From IMG/VR virus record IMGVR_UViG_2718218398_000003: 45,775 nt of DNA, one strand, 5' to 3'. Below are positions 39,659-45,775 of the stretch, one piece after another. Numbering within the stretch: the first letter of the stretch is position 1; each line of letters opens with the position of its first letter. The position numbers and the translations under genes are program-made. The notes under the pieces were generated by a model that was not told the DNA's origin, did not search any database, and saw only the letters and a program-made list of their open reading frames with translations. The DNA comes from a virus. Lineage: Duplodnaviria; Heunggongvirae; Uroviricota; Caudoviricetes.

Positions 39659-42600
39659 ATGGCAGTACGGATTTCAGGTGTACTGAAAGATGGCGCAGGT
39701 AAGCCGATACAAAACTGCACCATTCAGCTAAAGGCCAGGCGCAACAGCACCACGGTGGTGGTGAACACGCTGGCCTCAGAAAATCCGGATGAAGCCGGGC
39801 GTTACAGCATGGACGTTGAGTACGGTCAGTACAGCGTTATTCTGTTGGTGGAAGGCTTCCCGCCGTCACATGCCGGGACCATCACCGTGTATGAAGATTC
39901 CCGACCCGGTACGCTGAATGATTTTCTCGGTGCCATGACGGAGGATGATGCCCGTCCTGAGGCACTGCGCCGTTTTGAACTGATGGTGGAAGAGGTGGCG
40001 CGTAACGCGTCTGCGGTGGCACAGAACACGGCAGCCGCGAAGAAGTCAGCCAGCGATGCCAGCACATCAGCCCGTGAGGCGGCAACCCATGCGACTGATG
40101 CTGCAGGCTCAGCACGCGCAGCCAGCACGTCAGCCGGACAGGCCGCGTCGTCGGCTCAGTCAGCGACTTCCAGCGCAGGAACGGCATCAACAAAGGCTAC
40201 TGAAGCATCAAAAAGTGCTGCCGCTGCAGAGTCCTCAAAAAGCGCGGCAGCTACCAGTGCCAGTGCCGCGAAAACGTCAGAAACGAATGCTGCAGCGTCA
40301 CAACAATCAGCAGCCACTTCTGCATCCACCGCAACTACGAAAGCGTCAGAAGCTGCCACCTCAGCCCGGGATGCGGCGGCTTCAAAAGAGGCGGCAAAAT
40401 CATCAGAAACGAACGCATCCTCGAGCGCCAGTAACGCAGCTTCCTCGGCAACAGCGGCAGGAAATTCCGCGAAGGCGGCAAAAACGTCAGAGACGAACGC
40501 CAGGTCTTCTGAAACGGCAGCGGGACAGAGCGCCTCGGCTGCGGCAGGCTCAAAAACAGCGGCTGCGTCGTCTGCCAGTGCAGCGTCAACAAGTGCCGGG
40601 CAGGCCTCAGCCAGTGCCACCGCCGCCGGAAAATCGGCAGAAAGCGCCGCATCGTCTGCTTCAACAGCCACAACGAAGGCTGACGAAGCCACTGAACAGG
40701 CCAGCGCAGCAGCGAGGTCTGCTTCCGCAGCGAAGACATCCGAAACGAACGCGAAAGCGTCGGAAACCAGCGCAGAATCCTCAAAAACGGCTGCCGCATC
40801 GTCAGCCAGTTCGGCGTCGTCATCGGCATCATCTGCGTCTGCTTCAAAAGATGAGGCGACCAGACAGGCGTCAGCAGCGAAGAGCAGCGCCACGACGGCA
40901 TCCACGAAGGCAACAGAGGCGGCAGGCAGTGCGACGGCAGCATCTCAGAGCAAAACTACTGCTGAATCCGCTGCGACCCGTGCGGAAGCTGCTGCTGATC
41001 GTGCTGAAGAGATTGCCGGTGCAGTTGCGATGGAAGACGCAAGCCTTACAACTAAAGGTGTTGTGAAACTTAGCAGTGCTGTTGATAGCACCAGTGAATC
41101 GCTGGCCGCAACGCCAAAAGCAGTTAAAGCAGCCAATGACAATGCGAATAGCAGGGTGCCATCTAACCGAAAAGTTAACGGAAAAGCACTGACTGCGGAT
41201 ATAACATTAACGCCGAAAGATATTGGTACTTTAAATTCAGTAACGATGTCTTTCTCTGGCGGGGCTGGGTGGTTCAAACTGGCTACGGTTACCATGCCAC
41301 AAGCGAGTTCCATCGTTTACATCGCATTGATTGGTGGCGCTGGTTACAACGTCGGTTCCCCACATCAGGCAGGCATTTCAGAACTGGTTCTACGAGCAGG
41401 CAATGGAAACCCCAAAGGAATTACCGGGGCTTTGTGGAAGCGTACAGCCGTCGGATTAACGAATTTCGCCTGGATCAACACATCCGGCGATACATATGAT
41501 ATTTACGTTGAGATTGGCAATTATGCGACGAGTGTAAATATCCATTGGGATTGTACTGCAAATGCGTCAGTTTCTGTTTATACCTCGCCAACATATTCAG
41601 CGAGTAAGCCTTCCAGCGTTACCTATGGTGTTGTTTATACGATGTATAGCTCACATCAGAAACCTACACCATCAGATATTGGAGCACTGCCAACAACCGG
41701 AGGAACAGTTTCAGGTCCGTTGTCTGTTACAGGTGGATTAACTGGTTCATTGAATGGTAATGCAAGTACAGCCACGAAATTGCAGACGGCAAGATCTATC
41801 GGTGGAGTTGTTTTCGACGGTTCTGCAAATATTAACCTTCCAGGTGTAAACACTACGGGTAATCAGAACACCACTGGTAATGCTGCAACTGCTACAAAAC
41901 TTCAGACTGCAAGAAAAATATCCGGTGTTCCATTTGATGGTTCTACTGATATCACTTTAACCGCCGCGCATGTGGCTGCTTTTGCCAGAAGGGCAACGGA
42001 TACATATGCCGATGCGGATGGGGGCGTTCCCTGGAATGCCGAATCAGGCGCTTATAAGGTCACCCGCTCTGGCGACAGCTATATTCTGGTTAACTTCTAT
42101 ACCGGAGTCGGAAGTTGCCGGACCTTGCAGATGAAGGCGCATTACAGAAATGGTGGTCTGTTCTACCGTTCTTCAAGAGACGGTTATGGTTTTGAGGAAG
42201 ACTGGGCAGAAGTTTATACCTCGAAAAATCTTCCACCAGAAAGCTACCCAGTCGGCGCACCAATCCCGTGGCCATCAGATACCGTTCCGTCTGGTTATGC
42301 CCTGATGCAGGGGCAGACTTTTGACAAATCTGCCTACCCGAAACTTGCAGCCGCTTATCCGTCAGGCGTGATCCCTGATATGCGTGGCTGGACGATTAAG
42401 GGCAAGCCCGCCAGTGGTCGTGCCGTATTGTCTCAGGAACAGGACGGCATAAAATCGCATACCCACAGCGCCAGCGCATCCAGTACTGATTTGGGGACGA
42501 AAACCACATCGTCGTTTGATTACGGCACTAAATCCACGAATAACACTGGTGCGCATACCCATAGTGTTAGCGGTACGGCTGCTTCAGCCGGTGCACATAC

Positions 42601-42886
42601 CCATTCGATGACATTTGTTTCAGGTGGTTCCAGTGGTGCTCCGGGAAGTGGATCACCTGATTATTCTAAATACAGTGTTAACACTTCTTCTGCAGGCGCT
42701 CATACGCACTCTGTATCGGGTACTGCTGCAAGCGCAGGTGCACACGCACATACTGTAGGTATTGGTGCGCATACGCACTCGGTTGCGATTGGTTCACATG
42801 GACACACCATCACCGTTAACGCTGCTGGTAACGCGGAAAACACCGTCAAAAACATCGCATTTAACTATATTGTGAGGCTTGCATAA
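39659..42886 (+). CDS. stf: side tail fibre protein (Stf) with long Ala/Ser/Thr-rich repeat region and His-rich C-terminal repeats
   Basis: 1075 aa; N-terminus [30 protein letters not shown]... like lambdoid Stf; central low-complexity repeats (...[11 protein letters not shown]...); C-terminal repeated ...[20 protein letters not shown]... motifs; followed by tfa. Confidence 0.9.
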   Translation: MAVRISGVLKDGAGKPIQNCTIQLKARRNSTTVVVNTLASENPDEAGRYSMDVEYGQYSVILLVEGFPPSHAGTITVYEDSRPGTLNDFLGAMTEDDARPEALRRFELMVEEVARNASAVAQNTAAAKKSASDASTSAREAATHATDAAGSARAASTSAGQAASSAQSATSSAGTASTKATEASKSAAAAESSKSAAATSASAAKTSETNAAASQQSAATSASTATTKASEAATSARDAAASKEAAKSSETNASSSASNAASSATAAGNSAKAAKTSETNARSSETAAGQSASAAAGSKTAAASSASAASTSAGQASASATAAGKSAESAASSASTATTKADEATEQASAAARSASAAKTSETNAKASETSAESSKTAAASSASSASSSASSASASKDEATRQASAAKSSATTASTKATEAAGSATAASQSKTTAESAATRAEAAADRAEEIAGAVAMEDASLTTKGVVKLSSAVDSTSESLAATPKAVKAANDNANSRVPSNRKVNGKALTADITLTPKDIGTLNSVTMSFSGGAGWFKLATVTMPQASSIVYIALIGGAGYNVGSPHQAGISELVLRAGNGNPKGITGALWKRTAVGLTNFAWINTSGDTYDIYVEIGNYATSVNIHWDCTANASVSVYTSPTYSASKPSSVTYGVVYTMYSSHQKPTPSDIGALPTTGGTVSGPLSVTGGLTGSLNGNASTATKLQTARSIGGVVFDGSANINLPGVNTTGNQNTTGNAATATKLQTARKISGVPFDGSTDITLTAAHVAAFARRATDTYADADGGVPWNAESGAYKVTRSGDSYILVNFYTGVGSCRTLQMKAHYRNGGLFYRSSRDGYGFEEDWAEVYTSKNLPPESYPVGAPIPWPSDTVPSGYALMQGQTFDKSAYPKLAAAYPSGVIPDMRGWTIKGKPASGRAVLSQEQDGIKSHTHSASASSTDLGTKTTSSFDYGTKSTNNTGAHTHSVSGTAASAGAHTHSMTFVSGGSSGAPGSGSPDYSKYSVNTSSAGAHTHSVSGTAASAGAHAHTVGIGAHTHSVAIGSHGHTITVNAAGNAENTVKNIAFNYIVRLA

Positions 42887-43470
42887 TGGCATTCAGAATG
42901 AGTGAACAAGCACGGACCATAAAAATTTATAATCTGCTGTCCGGAACTAATGAATTTATTGGTGAAGGTGATGCATATATTCCGCCTCATACAGGTCTGC
43001 CAGCAAACAGTACCGACATTGCACCGCCAGATATTCCAGCTGGCTTCGTGGCTGTTTTCAACAGTGATGAGTTATCGTGGCATCTCGTTGAAGATCATCG
43101 GGGTAAAACGGTTTATGACGTGGCTTCCGGCGACGCGTTATTTATTTCTGAACTCGGTCCGTTACCGGAAAATGTCACCTGGTTATCCCCGGAAGGGGAG
43201 TTTCAGAAGTGGAACGGCACAGCCTGGGTGAAAGATGCAGAAGCAGAAAAACTGTTCCGGATCCGGGAGGCGGAAGAAACAAAAAACAGCCTGATGCAGG
43301 CAGCGAATGAGCATATTGCGCCACTTCAGGATGCTGTAGATCTGGAAATCGCAACGGAGGAAGAAAACTCGTTGCTGGAAGCCTGGAAAAAGTATCGGGT
43401 GTTGCTGAACCGTGTTGATACATCAGTAGCACCGGATATTGAGTGGCCTGCTGTCCCTGTTATGGAGTAA
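42886..43470 (+). CDS. tfa: tail fibre assembly protein (Tfa)
   Basis: 194 aa; [54 protein letters not shown]... classic Tfa signature; start overlaps the stf stop. Confidence 0.9.
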   Translation: MAFRMSEQARTIKIYNLLSGTNEFIGEGDAYIPPHTGLPANSTDIAPPDIPAGFVAVFNSDELSWHLVEDHRGKTVYDVASGDALFISELGPLPENVTWLSPEGEFQKWNGTAWVKDAEAEKLFRIREAEETKNSLMQAANEHIAPLQDAVDLEIATEEENSLLEAWKKYRVLLNRVDTSVAPDIEWPAVPVME

Positions 43471-43573
43471 TCGTTTTGAGATACGCCGCATACACGTTGT
43501 ATGCAATAACGTGCTGCGGCTTGGTAAATTTTAGCTAGTTTCAGCAGGAGACATAAAAAACTTCAATATAAGA

Positions 43574-44361
43574 TTAAGCATCACGTATTGCCAACCTGAT
43601 TTTTGACTGATACCAATTGGGGCCTTCTGCAATTATTTCTTCCTCAACATGCATGATGGGATGCATTTCAATTTCAGAGTTTTTGACTTTTAGATCTAGT
43701 CCATATTTTTTTGAAATTTGTAAAACTTCATTTTTGAAATCCTTATCTGCGAAAGGTGAAATCCTTATTTCTTCCAACAGATTATTAAGAGATACAGGGA
43801 CTAGTTTTCCCTTTACAGGTGGAGTGTTAAAGGTATTCTCTTGAAAAATAGCTCTAAACTCTTTTTCGTGTTCGAAAGATGGTCTCTTGTTAAAGAATAC
43901 ATCTGATTCTGGATTGTATTGTTTTATCCAGAAATTTTTGACGTATTTTACGTGTTTTAATTGTAGTTTGTTTAGATTATTATTTTCAAGTTGGCTTTGG
44001 AGGTTTTTTTCTTTGATTTTATGACAACGCCTTTAGCGGGGTTTTTACAATACAGCTTCCACATAGCTTCAGATTCATGTTCGTTACAATGCCAGCAACT
44101 TATATATGTCCTCTCGCTTATTTCCTTAAGTGTCTTTAAATTGAATGCCATGAAAGGCTCTAAGTCCATGCCGGCACCATGAGTAGCGCATAGTTTTTCC
44201 TGTGTCTCAATGAATTTTTTATAGCCAGTATGTCCCCAAGCAAATTCACCTTCGAACGGATCTTCAAAATTTTTTGCTGAGCAAAAAAATAAAGCATTTT
44301 GTTCGAGTAACATAGAGAATTTCTCTATGTCAAGATATCGCCATATATACTCAGTGTGCAT
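43574..44361 (-). pseudogene. DUF2971-like gene disrupted by a frameshift in an A7 tract (paralogous in family to 2459-3415)
   Basis: ATG at 44361 with AGGAG 5 nt upstream; N-terminus MHTEYIWRYLDIEKFSMLLEQNALFFCSAKNFEDPFEGEF... and ...CWHCNEHESEAMWKLYCKNPAKGVVIK fit DUF2971. This frame stops at 43972, but a second frame is open without stops from 44032 to 43574 and continues with ...HEKEFRAIF... The frames switch at AAGAAAAAAACC (about 44003-44011). Confidence 0.55.
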
Positions 44362-44572
44362 GATAGCTCCTTGCAATATAACTATTTCTATCTGTTCATT
44401 TGTACTTAAAAAGGATTGAGTAGCCCGAACAGTTCTATCCGTAAATATACCAGATAGAAGAGTTGTACAATAACAAATCCTCCGTATAAGAACCAGCCAT
44501 AATAGTCTGGTTCTTAAGGTTTTTTTGTTCGAGGGGTTTTAACCTACGATTCGTCCCCATATCGGCGATAAA

Positions 44573-45775
44573 TTAGGCTTGTACCAACGCTTCTGTTTCT
44601 GTGAGTGAAATCTGATAGCGTTTTACTGCCTCAGCAAAGGCGTGCGCGGCATCTGCATTTGATACCATATATTCTTCAGTTACCCCTGTTTGAGAATGGA
44701 AAGTAATATTTCCATAAATGCAAATAGGGATTTGGTAGTTGTCTTTAAAACGACGGTCTGGTGAGCCATTCTTATTCGTTTTCGCCCATGTATAACCATC
44801 TATGCGTGAGTCACTGGGAACACCTTCTTCCTCATGGAATCTTAGATATTCTGAACTAATTTGTAATTCGCGTAAATCAATCAGAGCGAATGCTCCATCG
44901 GCTCGTGGTATGACTGCAACTCCAGGATAAAGCAAAATATCGTCTCCATTTGCATTTTCAAACCTCATCGCACGCCCTGTAAATTGAATGAGATCCGTTG
45001 AACTAAAATCAAAGGTAACTGGGTGACGATTAACAGACCGGGTTGCTAATGTTCTTTCAGCAAACTGGTCTGTAGCTTTATCTGCAGTAATATCCCATTT
45101 TTTGACACTCGATTTTAACATATCAAATGCATGGACCATCGCTGCATATGCGCGCTGTGAAGCATCACTGCTCTCGAATGTTATGGCTATTTTTGTGCTG
45201 TCTTCCCATGAAACTAGGCGAGATATCTCAGCTTGGGTTAGGGGGAGTAGTGTCTCAAGTTCTGCGATGCGTCGTTTGTAAAACCAACGGAATAGACTTG
45301 ATTTGCGTCGAGCCAGCTCGCTTTTTTGTTTTGATTCTTCGGCAAGAGCCTCTTGAAGATCTGCTTTTATCTCTGCTCTTTGTTCTCGTGCTTTAGCAAT
45401 CAAATCTCGTAAAGGTAAAAGGGAGGTACTTGTAAGGACTTCTACCGAAGCGCTGGATATTTCATTCATGCCAGCTACAGGCATATATATTTTAGCGTTC
45501 GATGGTGTGTTTTCTGGAGATGACCCAGACCCCAAATGAGGTTCTGTAGGGGCTGGATTTAATGGATTGGTAACTGAGTATCCATCATCATAGGGCAAGG
45601 TAGGTGTAGTATAAGATAAGCCTGTGCCCGGTAATCCGACAGTTGCTCTAACCCCTTTTTTACCAACATTGACAGTTGCGCCAGGCATGCCAATGCTTGC
45701 ACTTATTCCACGCTTGCCAATGTTGAGTCGAACGCCAGGAAATAAAGTAAAGGTTTGTCTGAAACGAAGAGACAT
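44573..45775 (-). CDS. DUF4236-domain protein (400 aa); start codon at the window edge
   Basis: N-terminus MSLRFRQTFTLFPGVRLNIGKRGISASIGMPGATVNVGKKGVRATVGLPGTGLSYTT matches the DUF4236 signature as recalled; remaining 340 aa has a predicted coiled-coil segment and no recognised catalytic motif. Confidence 0.65.
   Translation of the reverse strand: MSLRFRQTFTLFPGVRLNIGKRGISASIGMPGATVNVGKKGVRATVGLPGTGLSYTTPTLPYDDGYSVTNPLNPAPTEPHLGSGSSPENTPSNAKIYMPVAGMNEISSASVEVLTSTSLLPLRDLIAKAREQRAEIKADLQEALAEESKQKSELARRKSSLFRWFYKRRIAELETLLPLTQAEISRLVSWEDSTKIAITFESSDASQRAYAAMVHAFDMLKSSVKKWDITADKATDQFAERTLATRSVNRHPVTFDFSSTDLIQFTGRAMRFENANGDDILLYPGVAVIPRADGAFALIDLRELQISSEYLRFHEEEGVPSDSRIDGYTWAKTNKNGSPDRRFKDNYQIPICIYGNITFHSQTGVTEEYMVSNADAAHAFAEAVKRYQISLTETEALVQA

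Noticed and set aside
40056-41066. Long plus- and minus-strand ORFs (40056-41066, 40156-40905, 40335-40943) within the tail-fibre repeat region
   Set aside because: Products are extreme low-complexity (Gln/Arg/Pro or Ala/Asp runs) generated by the repetitive stf coding tract; they are not independent genes.

Overview
The window is almost entirely one lambdoid prophage in prophage orientation, with its left boundary at a 46-nt tRNA-Pro 3' fragment (351-396) and its right end beyond the window. No database search was run; every call comes from reading the sequence and the ORF track against recalled family signatures. Left to right: integrase/excisionase, an early-left block (DUF551-like, HD hydrolase, DUF2303-like), a cI/cro immunity region, an O-like initiator with in-gene iterons, a nin-like region (Dam-type methyltransferase, RusA, KilA-N, DUF968), a Q antiterminator, a phage-21-type lysis cassette, terminase, portal, a protease-capsid fusion, and a tail module close to lambda (Z,U,V,G/T,H,M,L,K,I,J,lom,stf,tfa). 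The best candidates for an undescribed system are the AT-rich accessory cassettes: (1) a three-gene opposite-strand membrane-associated operon between Q and the lysis genes (15177-16716); (2) an att-proximal two-gene operon whose second protein looks HEPN-like (835-1975); (3) DUF2971-like genes at both prophage ends, one with a C-terminal zinc ribbon (2459-3415) and one frameshifted in an A7 tract (43574-44361), next to a DUF4236-domain protein (44573-45775). An integrase 3' remnant (2045-2400) between the left cargo genes points to cargo exchange at the integration module. None of these cassettes could be assigned a function from sequence alone.
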